NCBI GenBank assembly: GCA_029974275.1
Contig: JARKSN010000065.1
Location: 1-50,758 of the forward strand
Origin: Candidatus Hydrogenedentota bacterium
GTDB taxonomy: Bacteria; Hydrogenedentota; Hydrogenedentia; Hydrogenedentales; SLHB01
Reading direction: 5' to 3'
Length of the DNA stretch: 50,758 bases
In this document: in pieces, positions 24,622-34,546 of the stretch
Layout: the number at the start of each line of letters is the position of its first letter
Numbering within the stretch: position 1 is the first letter of the stretch
The notes under the pieces: model-generated
Told to the model about the DNA's origin: nothing
Databases searched by the model: none
What the model saw: only the letters and a program-made list of their open reading frames with translations
Program-made: the position numbers and the translations under genes

Positions 24622-25404
24622 ATGAGTTGGACACTGGCGATCACCGGGAAGGGCGGCGTGGGCAAGACGACGTTTGCCGCGCTGGCGGTGCGTTGGCTGG
24701 GCGAGCAGGGCAAGGGCCCTGTGCTGGCCGTCGATGCCGATCCCAATGCTTGTTTGGACGAAGTGCTTGGCGTGCAGGTGCGCTGTTCGGTAGGGTCGGT
24801 GCGCGAAGAGGCCAAGGCCATCGCGCAGGACGGATCGTTCGGCGGCATGAGCAAGCACGAGTTGCTCGATCTCAAGATACAAGAGTCGCTCGTCGAGACC
24901 GATCGCTTTGATCTGATCTCGATGGGGCGCTGCGAAGGGCCGGGCTGCTATTGCTATGCAAATAACGTGTTGCGGGGGGTGATCGGGAAACTTGCCGATC
25001 AATATCCCGCCGTGGTGATCGACAACGAGGCGGGTCTCGAGAACCTCAGCCGTCGCACGGTTCAACAGCCGGACTGGCTCGTATTTGTGTCGGACCCGTC
25101 GGCGCGCGGCCTGAAAACGGCGCGTCGGCTTTACGAACTCGCGCTGGAAATGCAGGTCGCCGCGAAACGCTTCGGCGTGATCGTCAACCGCACGCGCGAT
25201 AACGACAGCGTCCGGCGCGTGTCCGAGATATTCGAAGGCACGGAGGTCTGCGTGCTGGGCGCGATTCCTGAGAATGACGAATTGAGCAGACAGGACGTGA
25301 ACGGCGAACCGATCTTCGGCCTCGCGTCGGAAAATCCTGTCCATAAAGCAAGCCAGCGGATATTGGCAAGCATGATCGAAAGGAACACGAATGGCGGACG
25401 ATAG
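24622..25404 (+). CDS. cooC: second CooC/AcsF nickel-insertion ATPase
   Basis: GKGGVGKT, DADPN, GPGCYC, DNEAGLENLSR. Confidence 0.92.
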   Translation: MSWTLAITGKGGVGKTTFAALAVRWLGEQGKGPVLAVDADPNACLDEVLGVQVRCSVGSVREEAKAIAQDGSFGGMSKHELLDLKIQESLVETDRFDLISMGRCEGPGCYCYANNVLRGVIGKLADQYPAVVIDNEAGLENLSRRTVQQPDWLVFVSDPSARGLKTARRLYELALEMQVAAKRFGVIVNRTRDNDSVRRVSEIFEGTEVCVLGAIPENDELSRQDVNGEPIFGLASENPVHKASQRILASMIERNTNGGR

Positions 25405-27346
25405 ACAACGAATGCCCGAAGACGTCGCCATCGATGCGGCGAGCGTAGCGATGTTGAAAAAGGCCGACGCCGATGGCGTGCCGCACGATGCCTTTTCGCG
25501 CGCAGACGAACAGGGCGCGCCGTGCGCGTTTGGATCCAATGGAACGTGTTGCCGCATCTGCCATCTCGGGCCGTGCAAGATATCCGAGTACGTCCCCGGC
25601 GTTTGCGGCGCGACGTTGGATACGGTGGTGGCTCGCAATTTGTTGCGCGAAGTGGCCGCAGGCGCCGCCGCACATTCGGATCATGGCCGGCATTTGGTTT
25701 TGATGTTGAAGGCCGTCGCCGAGGGACGATCGACCGATTATGCGATTCGGGACGAGGCGAAGCTGCGGGCGGCGGCGCGCGCGTGGGGCATTGAAGACGA
25801 GGGGCTCGATACGCTCGCCTTGGCCGCGAAGGCGGCCGACCTTTTCCTCTCGGAGTTTGCGCTGCAGGAGGGAAAGCTCCAAACCTTGCGTCTTGCTCCG
25901 AAGCCGCGGCAGGGGGCATGGGAACGATTGGGGATCGCGCCGGGCGGCGTCGACGCGACGATTGTGCAGGCCTTGCACCGCACGCACATGGGCGTCGATC
26001 ACGAGTACAAAAATATCCTTCGCGGCGCGTTGAAGGCGAGCCTTGCCGACGGTTGGGGCGGTTCGATGATCGCCACGGCGGTCAGCGATATTCTCTTTGG
26101 CACGCCGAAACCCGTGCGCGCAAAGGCCAACCTCGGCGTGCTGGAGAAGGATAAGGTGAATGTCGTCGTGCATGGTCATGAGCCCGCGCTGACCGAGATG
26201 TTGGTGGCGGCGTCGCGACTGCCCGAGATTGTTGCCGAGGCGAAGGCCGTCGGCGCGGCGGGCGTCAATCTTGCGGGCATTTGTTGCACGGCGAACGAGG
26301 TCCTCATGCGCCACGGCGTTCCGGTGGCGGGCAACTTTTTGCAGCAGGAGCTGGCGATCGTCACGGGCGCGGTCGAACTGATGATCACCGATGTGCAGTG
26401 TTGCATGGCGTCCTTGCCGGAAGTGGCGAAGCATTACCACACCAAGATGGTCACGTCGAGTCCCATTGCCCGCAATGCCGACGCGGTTTCGGTGCATTTC
26501 GATCCGGCGAACGGAATGGCCTGCGCGAAGGATGTCTTGCGCATGGCGATAGCGAATTACGCCCGTCGCGATCCGGCGAAGGTGAGCATTCCCGACGCGC
26601 GGCAGCCTCTGGTGGCGGGGTTCAGCAACGAGACGATCTTCAATATTCTCGGCGGCACGTTCCGCAAGAGTTTTCGTCCGTTGAACGATGCGATCATCAC
26701 GGGCCGCGTCCGCGGCGTATGCGGCATCGTGGGATGCACCAACGCGCGGAAAGGGCGCGTGGATGAGTATATTGTCACGCTCGCGAAGGAACTCATCAAA
26801 CGCAACATCATCGTGCTCAAGACCGGATGCGCCGCCGTTGCCGCGGGCAAGGCGGGCTTGCTTACGCCTGAGGCGGCGCTGCAAATGGCGGGGCCGAGTC
26901 TTCGCGAAGTCTGCGAAGCCGTCGGGATCCCACCTGTACTGCATATGGGTTCCTGTGTTGACAACTCGCGCATCCTGATGGCGGCGACGTATCTTGTCGA
27001 AGAAGGCGGGCTTGGCAACGATCTCTCCGAGCTTCCGGCCATTGGCGCGGCGCCGGAGTGGATGAGCGAGAAGGCGGTGGCCATTGGTCATTACTTCGTT
27101 GCATCGGGCGTTGACGTGGTGTTGGGACATCCCTTCCACACGATGGGATCGAAGAATGTCAGCGACTATCTCTGCGGCGAGGTCGCGCAGGAGACCGGCG
27201 CGAAGTTCCATTACATCAGCGATGTCAACGATGCTGTGGAGGCGATCTGCGCGCACATCGAGAAGAAGCGCGACGCTCTCGGCATCAACCAAAAATCCGA
27301 ACGCAAACTGTACGACATGAAAGACCGGAGAGCACTCAATGTCTAA
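25391..27346 (+). CDS. cooS: anaerobic Ni,Fe carbon monoxide dehydrogenase catalytic subunit
   Basis: CAFG...CCRICHLGPC (D/B clusters), AAAHSDHGRH, HGH, GICCT, DVQC, VGC, TGC, GSCVD, EKA motifs. Confidence 0.97.
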   Translation: MADDRQRMPEDVAIDAASVAMLKKADADGVPHDAFSRADEQGAPCAFGSNGTCCRICHLGPCKISEYVPGVCGATLDTVVARNLLREVAAGAAAHSDHGRHLVLMLKAVAEGRSTDYAIRDEAKLRAAARAWGIEDEGLDTLALAAKAADLFLSEFALQEGKLQTLRLAPKPRQGAWERLGIAPGGVDATIVQALHRTHMGVDHEYKNILRGALKASLADGWGGSMIATAVSDILFGTPKPVRAKANLGVLEKDKVNVVVHGHEPALTEMLVAASRLPEIVAEAKAVGAAGVNLAGICCTANEVLMRHGVPVAGNFLQQELAIVTGAVELMITDVQCCMASLPEVAKHYHTKMVTSSPIARNADAVSVHFDPANGMACAKDVLRMAIANYARRDPAKVSIPDARQPLVAGFSNETIFNILGGTFRKSFRPLNDAIITGRVRGVCGIVGCTNARKGRVDEYIVTLAKELIKRNIIVLKTGCAAVAAGKAGLLTPEAALQMAGPSLREVCEAVGIPPVLHMGSCVDNSRILMAATYLVEEGGLGNDLSELPAIGAAPEWMSEKAVAIGHYFVASGVDVVLGHPFHTMGSKNVSDYLCGEVAQETGAKFHYISDVNDAVEAICAHIEKKRDALGINQKSERKLYDMKDRRALNV

Positions 27347-30300
27347 GGCGATTTGTACGGACGCCATTACCGGCGCGCGCGAAGTAGTGCAACGGGCTGA
27401 GGCGATGGTCGCGCGGACCATCGCGGAGAAGGGCGCCGATTGTGCGATAGGTTTTCCTTCGACGGCCTATTACCTTCCGGTCATCTATTCGTTCACGGGC
27501 CGGAAAGTGGAAAAACTCGGCGATCTTATCGCGGTGGTGCAGGATTGCTGGAATCTTTTGCCGGAACCTCCGTCGGAAAATGTGTGGCTACCGTACCTCG
27601 GCGATACGCTCGATGCCGGCGTCGCGACGCTCTTTGCGTTTGAAGCCATCGAGGCGTGCAAAACACTCGTTGGCCCGAATCCCGTGGACGGCATTTGGCT
27701 TGGCGCGGCGTCCGACGTGATCATGCGCGAACGCGGCATCGAGTTTGTCGACGGCACCGCGCCAGGCTTTGCGGCCATTGTCGGCGCGGCGCCAAACGGA
27801 AAGATTGCCGTCCAGATCGCGCGCGAGCTGCAGGAGAAAAATCTCTACGTCTTCATGGCGGGCAGTTCGCACGGAACGACGTTTGCCGAACAGCTCGCGG
27901 CGGAAGGCGTACAACTCGGTTGGGAAACGCGCCTGGTGCCGTTTGGCCGCGATGTTTCCGCGGCGATTTACGCGTTGGGTTTTGCCAATCGCGCGGCGCT
28001 CTCGTTTGGCGGCGTCAGCGCGGGCGATTTCGAAAAGAACCTGCGCTACAACAAGAACCGCATCTTCGCCTTTGTGATGGCGCTGGGCGAAGTCGATCAA
28101 GAGAAGTATGCAGCGGCGGCGGGCGCGATCAATTATGGGTTCCCGACCATCGCCGACACGGACATCCCGGAGATTTTGCCGACGGGCGTGTGCACGTATG
28201 AGCACGTTGTGAGCAACGTGTCGCATGACAAGATCGTCGAGAAGTGTCTTGAAGTGCGCGGCTGCAAAGTGAAGGTCGCCAAGGTGCCGATTCCCGTTCC
28301 GTACGGGGCGGCGTTTGAAGGCGAGCGCATTCGCAAGGCGGATGCGCACGTGGAATTTGGCGGCAACATCACCCCGGCATTTGAATTTGTCACGTCGGTC
28401 GGCCTCGATGAAATCGAAGACGGTCAGATCGAAATCATCGGTCCTGATATCGACGCCGTTTCTGCGGGCACGGCCTTGCCGCTGGCGATCTGGGTTGAAG
28501 TGGCGGGCCGCAAAATGCAGCCAGATTTCGAACCGATTCTCGAACGCCAGATTCATCATTTGGTCAACGGCGCGGAAGGCATCTGGCACATGGGCCAACG
28601 CGACATCGTGTGGACGCGCGTGAGTAAGGCCGGTTTTGCGCGCGGTCTACGGCTGCGTCACTATGGCGATATCCTGCGCACGAAGTTCATCAATGACTAT
28701 CCCGCGATCGTCGACAAGGTCAAGGTCACGATGATTACCGACCGCGAGGAAGTGGGCCGCCGCATCGCCCACGCGCGCAAGGTCTATGTCGAACGCAACC
28801 AGCGTCTCGCAACGATGACCGACGAGGCCGTCGACACGTTCTATAGTTGTCTGCTGTGCCAGTCGTTTGCGCCCGATCATGTGTGTATGATCACGCCCGA
28901 GCGCTTGGGCCTGTGCGGCGCGTACAACTGGCTCGATGGCAAGGCCGCGTACGAGATCGACGAGACCGGACCGAACCAACCCGTCGCGAAGGGGCGTTGC
29001 CTTGACCCCGTGCGCGGGATTTGGGAAGGCGTCAACGAGTATGTCTACAAAAATTCCCACAAGGCCATCGCCAGTTTTTCGGCATACAGCATCATGAGCA
29101 GTCCGATGACGTCGTGCGGTTGTTTCGAGGCGATCATCGCCTACGTGCCGGAATGCAACGGCGTGATGATCGTGAATCGCGAATTCACCGGCGACACGCC
29201 TGTCGGGATGACGTTCAGCACGCTCGCGGGCATGGTCGGCGGCGGCGTGCAGACGCCCGGTTTCATGGGCGTCGGCAAGGCCTTTCTGACCAGTCGCAAG
29301 TTTTTGCATGCAGACGGCGGCGTCGGGCGCATCGTGTGGATGCCGAAGGAATTGAAGGCTCTCGTGGGCGATGATGTCGCGCGCAATGCGGCAACGCAGG
29401 AGTTTCCCGGCTTGCTCGACGCGATTGCCGATGAAACCATTGCCACGGCGCCCGATGAGATTCGCGCGCACATGGAGAAGGTTGGGCATCCCGCGTTGAA
29501 GATGGCCGATATGGCGTCGATATGGGCGGGCGTGGAAGACAACTTCGCGCCTGGCGGCGAGTCCGAGCCCGCACAGCCCGCCGAGACGGAAACCCCCAAG
29601 CCTGCCGCACAACCGCCGCGCGTCGTGAAGATCGAAAGCAAGCAAGCGCGGGTCAATAGCGAAGTTTCTGCGGCTCCGGAAGAAGCGGCGCCGCCGTCTG
29701 TTGTCGCGCCGGCGAACGGCGGCCCTGCCGATCTGATGACGGCGTTGTTTGGACAGATCACCAGCGCCGTTGCCGCGCAGTTGAAAGAAACGATCGCGAG
29801 CGAGTTGCTGCCGGAGCTGAAGAGGTCCGTGATCGACGAGGTGAAGTCCGCGATGAGGACAGAGCCCGCGCCGGCTTCCTCCACGGAACTCAAGCAGGAA
29901 GTCGTTCGCGATGTGGCGGGGGCGCTTGCTGGCGTGTTGCAGAATATGCTTTCGCCGGGCGCCGCGCCTGCGTATGTGGCGCCGGCCCCTGTTGTAGCGC
30001 CGCCCGTTGAGGCAAAACCTGTTCCCGCGGCGACGCCTATCGAAGTGAAAGCCCCGGCGCGTCCTGCCTCGGAGAAATTCGCGGCGGTCAAGAGCGTCGC
30101 GTTGCCCATCGAGAAATCGAGCGCGACTATCCAACGCGTGACGCTGGGAGCAACAACCGCCGACGGCGGCACGCGCAAAAAGACGGTTACCCTTGGGGGG
30201 CAAAATTGTCTGCCGTTCCACTTCTTTGAAGGCACGGTCCCATCGCCGCCCGTATTTGCAATCGAGGTCTTCGACACGGTGAGTCCAAAGGTTTCGCCTG

Positions 30301-31073
30301 TGTTGCGCGAGGTCTGGGGCGAACTGCTCGACAAGCCCGCCGAGATGGCGCGGAAAGCCGTCGAGGTCTATGGCGCCGACTTGATCGCCGTGCGTCTTGA
30401 AGGCACGCATCCCGAGAAGGGCGGCAAGAGCGCGGACGAAGCGTTAGGGCTTGTGAAAGACGTGCTCGCCGCAGTGGACGTTCCGCTGATTGTCACGGGA
30501 CACAGTCACTTCGACGCCTCGAACGAAGTCATGCGCAAGATTGCATCGGGATGCGCGGGCGAACGCCTGTTGCTCAATTGGGTCGAGGCCGATAATTACC
30601 GCACCATTGCGGGCGCGGCGTTGGCGTACGGCCATTGCGTCGTGGCGCAGAGTCCCATTGACGTCAATATCGCCAAGCAGTTGAACATTTTGCTAGGCAA
30701 CATGGATTTTCCGCGCGACCGCATCGTGATGGACCCGATGACCGGCGCGTTGGGATACGGCCTCGAATACACGTACTCCGTGATGGAGCGCATTCGCCTG
30801 ACCGGTCTCGGCGGCGACACCGCGTTGACGTTGCCGATGATCGCCTGCGTCGGGCAAGAGGCGTGGAAGGCGAAGGAAGGCCACGCCTCGCGCGCGAGTT
30901 TTCCGAATTGGGGTGAACGCGCCCTGCGCGGCATGTTGTGGGAAGTGCAGACCGCGATACCGCTGGTGTTGTCGGGGGCCGACGCGGTCATTTTGAATCA
31001 CCCGGATTCGCTCGCAACATTGCGCCGGAACGTCGCCAAGCTATCGCAGTGGACAAACGAGGAGAACCGCTAA
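27339..31073 (+). CDS. acsB: acetyl-CoA synthase (AcsB) fused to the corrinoid Fe-S protein small subunit (AcsD)
   Basis: N-terminal ~725 aa carry CLLCQSFAPDHVC, RLGLCG and TSCGCFE. After a Pro/Ala linker come AcsD motifs SPIDVNIAKQLN and MDPMTGALGYGLEYTYSVMERIRL. No internal stop. Confidence 0.95.
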   Translation: MSKAICTDAITGAREVVQRAEAMVARTIAEKGADCAIGFPSTAYYLPVIYSFTGRKVEKLGDLIAVVQDCWNLLPEPPSENVWLPYLGDTLDAGVATLFAFEAIEACKTLVGPNPVDGIWLGAASDVIMRERGIEFVDGTAPGFAAIVGAAPNGKIAVQIARELQEKNLYVFMAGSSHGTTFAEQLAAEGVQLGWETRLVPFGRDVSAAIYALGFANRAALSFGGVSAGDFEKNLRYNKNRIFAFVMALGEVDQEKYAAAAGAINYGFPTIADTDIPEILPTGVCTYEHVVSNVSHDKIVEKCLEVRGCKVKVAKVPIPVPYGAAFEGERIRKADAHVEFGGNITPAFEFVTSVGLDEIEDGQIEIIGPDIDAVSAGTALPLAIWVEVAGRKMQPDFEPILERQIHHLVNGAEGIWHMGQRDIVWTRVSKAGFARGLRLRHYGDILRTKFINDYPAIVDKVKVTMITDREEVGRRIAHARKVYVERNQRLATMTDEAVDTFYSCLLCQSFAPDHVCMITPERLGLCGAYNWLDGKAAYEIDETGPNQPVAKGRCLDPVRGIWEGVNEYVYKNSHKAIASFSAYSIMSSPMTSCGCFEAIIAYVPECNGVMIVNREFTGDTPVGMTFSTLAGMVGGGVQTPGFMGVGKAFLTSRKFLHADGGVGRIVWMPKELKALVGDDVARNAATQEFPGLLDAIADETIATAPDEIRAHMEKVGHPALKMADMASIWAGVEDNFAPGGESEPAQPAETETPKPAAQPPRVVKIESKQARVNSEVSAAPEEAAPPSVVAPANGGPADLMTALFGQITSAVAAQLKETIASELLPELKRSVIDEVKSAMRTEPAPASSTELKQEVVRDVAGALAGVLQNMLSPGAAPAYVAPAPVVAPPVEAKPVPAATPIEVKAPARPASEKFAAVKSVALPIEKSSATIQRVTLGATTADGGTRKKTVTLGGQNCLPFHFFEGTVPSPPVFAIEVFDTVSPKVSPVLREVWGELLDKPAEMARKAVEVYGADLIAVRLEGTHPEKGGKSADEALGLVKDVLAAVDVPLIVTGHSHFDASNEVMRKIASGCAGERLLLNWVEADNYRTIAGAALAYGHCVVAQSPIDVNIAKQLNILLGNMDFPRDRIVMDPMTGALGYGLEYTYSVMERIRLTGLGGDTALTLPMIACVGQEAWKAKEGHASRASFPNWGERALRGMLWEVQTAIPLVLSGADAVILNHPDSLATLRRNVAKLSQWTNEENR

Positions 31074-32419
31074 TGGCTCCGTTGACAGGACTGCAAATAC
31101 AGAAATTGTTGCCGAAGACGAACTGCAAGGAATGTGGATCGAACACGTGCCTGGCGTTCGCGATGAAACTCGCGGCGAAGAAGGCAGAACTCTCGGAATG
31201 TCCCTACGTTTCCGACGAGGCGAAGGCCATTCTTGGCGCGGCGGCGGAACCGCCCGTGCGCACCGTCACGATAGGCGTGGGCGATGGCGCGTGTTCGATG
31301 GGCGGCGAGACGGTGATGTTCCGTCACGAGAAGACCTTTGTGAATCGCACGGCCATTGGCATTGCGCTTGATGACGCGATGGACCTCGCGGAACTCGACC
31401 GGCGCATTGCGGAGGTCAAGGCGTATCGTCTCGAGCGCGTCGGCGAGGTTCTTCTGGTCGATGCCGTGAGTGTCGAGGCGAAGAGCGGATCGGCGGAGAA
31501 GTACGTGGAAGTCCTGCGGCACGTGGCGAACGCATGGGACCGCGCCATCATCGCGCGCGCCTCGGATGCCGCGTTGTTGCGCACGGCGGCGGAGACGTTG
31601 AAGGAGAGGCGTCCGCTGTTGGCCTCCGCGACGACGGATACGTTGGATGCGGTGCGTGACGCGGCGACGGCGAATGGCGCAGCAATGGCCGTGACCGCCG
31701 ATAATCTCGACGCCATCGCGGCAATGACCGAGCAACTGCGCGCCGCGGACTTCAGAGATGCGGTCATCGAGTTGCGCGCGGGCAGTTTGTGCGAGCAGTT
31801 CGCAAGCAACACGATCGTGCGGCGCGGGGCGTTGAAAGCGGGCTTGAAATCATTGGGCTATCCGACGCTGCGATACGTGAATACGGGCAATGCCATCGAC
31901 GATGCGGTCGAAGCGGGAATCGAGATCGCGAAGTACGGCGGCATCGTCGTGCTGCCCGAATTCGACCCGGCTATGTTTGTGTCGTTGCTGACGCTACGTC
32001 AAAACATCTTCACCGATCCACAGAAGCCCATCCAAGTCGAGCCGAAGGTATATGCCATCGGCGCGCCGAACGAGAACAGTCCAACGTTTGTGACCACAAA
32101 CTTCTCGCTGACGTACTTCATCGTGTCCGGCGAGATCGAAAACTCCGGACTGTCGGCGTGGCTGTTGGTTCCCGAGTGCGAGGGCATGAGCGTGCTGGCC
32201 GCGTGGGCAGCGGGCAAGTTTGGCGGCGCGAAAATTGCGGCGGCGGCAAAGGAACTGGGCCTGGAATCGCAGACGGCGTGCCGCAAATTGGTCATTCCCG
32301 GCTACGTGTCTCAGATATCCGGCGAACTGGAAGAGGCGCTGCCTGGCTGGAAAATCATCGTTGGCCCGCAAGAAGCGGGCGACATCGAAAGCTTTATCAA
32401 GAACGTGCTTGCGGCCTAA
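31073..32419 (+). CDS. acsC: corrinoid Fe-S protein large subunit
   Basis: LPKTNCKECGSNTCLAFAM...ECPY, GGETVMFRHEKTF, RQNIFTDPQKP, TTNFSLTYF, SVLAAWAAGKF. Confidence 0.96.
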   Translation: MAPLTGLQIQKLLPKTNCKECGSNTCLAFAMKLAAKKAELSECPYVSDEAKAILGAAAEPPVRTVTIGVGDGACSMGGETVMFRHEKTFVNRTAIGIALDDAMDLAELDRRIAEVKAYRLERVGEVLLVDAVSVEAKSGSAEKYVEVLRHVANAWDRAIIARASDAALLRTAAETLKERRPLLASATTDTLDAVRDAATANGAAMAVTADNLDAIAAMTEQLRAADFRDAVIELRAGSLCEQFASNTIVRRGALKAGLKSLGYPTLRYVNTGNAIDDAVEAGIEIAKYGGIVVLPEFDPAMFVSLLTLRQNIFTDPQKPIQVEPKVYAIGAPNENSPTFVTTNFSLTYFIVSGEIENSGLSAWLLVPECEGMSVLAAWAAGKFGGAKIAAAAKELGLESQTACRKLVIPGYVSQISGELEEALPGWKIIVGPQEAGDIESFIKNVLAA

Positions 32420-32440
32420 GAACGAGGGCCTTGCTGCATT

Positions 32441-34354
32441 ATGCCAACGCTGACGTTCCATCCTTCCGGGAAGTCCGTCGAGGCCGACCCGGGCAGTTTG
32501 CTGCTGGATGCAGCGCGCGCCGCGGGCATCGATCTCGATGCGCCCTGCGGCGGCAAGGGCGTTTGCGGCAAGTGCATTGTGCGCGTGAGCGACGGCCAGG
32601 TTGAGTCGGATGGACTCAGCGGGGTGACGGCGCACATGGCCGCCGAAGGCTACGTCCTCGCGTGCAAGACGCGCGTGGGCCTTGGCCCCGCCACGATTGA
32701 AGTGCGCCAAGACGCCGCGCGCGAAACGGGCAAATTCTCCGACGGCGACGAGATGTATCTCATCCAGTCTGAACTGCTCCCGCAACAGTGGGACTACGGC
32801 CCCCTTGCGGTCAAGTGGATGGTCCAAGTCCCGCCGCCGCAACCCGAAGACGGCCTTTCCGATTTTGACCGCCTCACGCGCGCGATTCAACGCGATTGGG
32901 GCAAACAGGATGTCCTCTGCTCGTTGCGGATTTTGCGCGAACTTGCCGACGCCTTGCGGGGGGAAGGGGGGCTGGTCACGGTCACCCTCGTATTCGACGA
33001 GGCCAATCTGCACATCATCCGCATCGAGCCGGGCAACCGCACCACGCGCCACTATGGCATCGCGGTTGACGTCGGCACTACAACCGTCGCGGTGCAACTG
33101 ATCAATCTCACCGTTGCGAAGGTCATGGCCACGCGGACGACATACAATGGGCAAATCCCTTGTGGACTCGATGTCATCAGCCGCATCAACTATGCGCGCA
33201 CGCCCGAGCGTCTCGAAGAATTGCGGAGGCGCGTCCTGACCACGGCCAATGAGTTGATCGCGCAGGCGTCCGAGGCGTGCGACGTGGCGCCAGAGGAGAT
33301 AACGAACGCGGTTTTTTCGGCGAACACGACGATGACGCACCTGTTGCTGGGCATGCAGCCCGAGTATATCCGGCTCGCGCCGTATACGCCGACGGTCATG
33401 GAAATTCCGTATCTCACGGCGAATGAGGTTGGCGTTGCGATCAATCCGGATTCTTGGATTTGTTTTTCGCCGAACAATGGGAGTTATGTGGGAGGAGACA
33501 TAACGGCGGGGCTGCTTTGCACCGATTTGGCGGCGCACGCCGAGGGGATTGCGCTGTTCCTGGACATTGGCACCAATGGCGAGCTTGTGGTGGGCAACCG
33601 CGATTTTTTGTTGAGTTGTGCCTGTTCCGCGGGGCCGGCGTTCGAGGGGGGGGGCATCGAGTGCGGCATGCGGGCGGCGGGCGGCGCGATCGAGCGCGTC
33701 GAGGTCGATCCCGACACCGGCGTCGCGCGGTATGGGACGATCGGCGGTTTGCCGCCGTTGGGCATCTGCGGTTCGGGCATGATCGACTTGTTGGCGAATT
33801 TGTTTCTCTCCGGGTGGATGGACCCTGCCGGGAAGCTTGCGCGGGATCGTTCTTCTCCGGCGATTCGCATGGAGGGCAAGCGCGCCGTTTACACGCTTGT
33901 CGCCGCAGCGCAGAGCGGCACGGGCGCCCCGATCACGATCAGCGAGTTGGACATAGACAACATTCTGCGGGCGAAGGGGGCCATTTATTCCGCGTGCACG
34001 CTGTTGATGAACCAGATTGGCATCGAGGCGGGCGATATGACTCTCGTCTACATTGCGGGCGGATTTGGCCGTTTTTTGCCGCTCGATAGAGCGATTGTCT
34101 TGGGGCTTTTGCCGGATATTCCGCGCGACCGGTTCCGGTTCATTGGCAATTCCTCGCTGACCGGTTCGTATATGGTGGCCGTGTCGCAGGATTTTCGCCG
34201 TCGCCAACTCGACCTTGCGCGGCGAATGACGTACATTGATCTCAGCAACGCGCCCGGATATATGGACGAGTACATGTCGGCGCTTTTTCTGCCGCATACG
34301 GACATCGCGCGCTTTCCGAGCGTTGCCGCGGCGATGGAACGCCGGCGGAAATGA
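32441..34354 (+). CDS. acsV: ASKHA-type reductive activator of corrinoid proteins (RACo/AcsV)
   Basis: N-terminal 2Fe-2S motif CGGKGVCGKC...LAC, DVGTTT, DVISRI, DIGTNGE, SAGPAFEG, GICGSG, AGGFG. Confidence 0.93.
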   Translation: MPTLTFHPSGKSVEADPGSLLLDAARAAGIDLDAPCGGKGVCGKCIVRVSDGQVESDGLSGVTAHMAAEGYVLACKTRVGLGPATIEVRQDAARETGKFSDGDEMYLIQSELLPQQWDYGPLAVKWMVQVPPPQPEDGLSDFDRLTRAIQRDWGKQDVLCSLRILRELADALRGEGGLVTVTLVFDEANLHIIRIEPGNRTTRHYGIAVDVGTTTVAVQLINLTVAKVMATRTTYNGQIPCGLDVISRINYARTPERLEELRRRVLTTANELIAQASEACDVAPEEITNAVFSANTTMTHLLLGMQPEYIRLAPYTPTVMEIPYLTANEVGVAINPDSWICFSPNNGSYVGGDITAGLLCTDLAAHAEGIALFLDIGTNGELVVGNRDFLLSCACSAGPAFEGGGIECGMRAAGGAIERVEVDPDTGVARYGTIGGLPPLGICGSGMIDLLANLFLSGWMDPAGKLARDRSSPAIRMEGKRAVYTLVAAAQSGTGAPITISELDIDNILRAKGAIYSACTLLMNQIGIEAGDMTLVYIAGGFGRFLPLDRAIVLGLLPDIPRDRFRFIGNSSLTGSYMVAVSQDFRRRQLDLARRMTYIDLSNAPGYMDEYMSALFLPHTDIARFPSVAAAMERRRK

Positions 34355-34372
34355 CTGCCGGAGGAATAGCCT

Positions 34373-34546
34373 ATGGACAAGCCTACGTGTCCGGGTCCTT
34401 ACCGGAAAGACTGGCATCCGGAGGACATCTTTCTCGTGACGTGTCCGGAGTGCGGAGTGGCGATCGAGTTTTGGAAAGACGACGCGTCGCAGCGTTGTCC
34501 GCAGTGCAAGGCAACCGTCTCCAATCCGCGCGGACAACGCCCATGA
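34373..34546 (+). CDS. small Cys-rich zinc-ribbon protein (57 aa, absent from the ORF track)
   Basis: RBS GGAGG; MDKPTCPGPYRKDWHPEDIFLVTCPECGVAIEFWKDDASQRCPQCKATVSNPRGQRP; paralog of the next gene; ATGA overlap. Confidence 0.8.
   Translation: MDKPTCPGPYRKDWHPEDIFLVTCPECGVAIEFWKDDASQRCPQCKATVSNPRGQRP

Noticed and set aside
23659..34537. Long minus-strand ORFs (659, 745, 587, 847 aa) across the acs operon
   Set aside because: Antisense shadows typical of GC-rich coding DNA. The plus strand carries all recognisable motifs.
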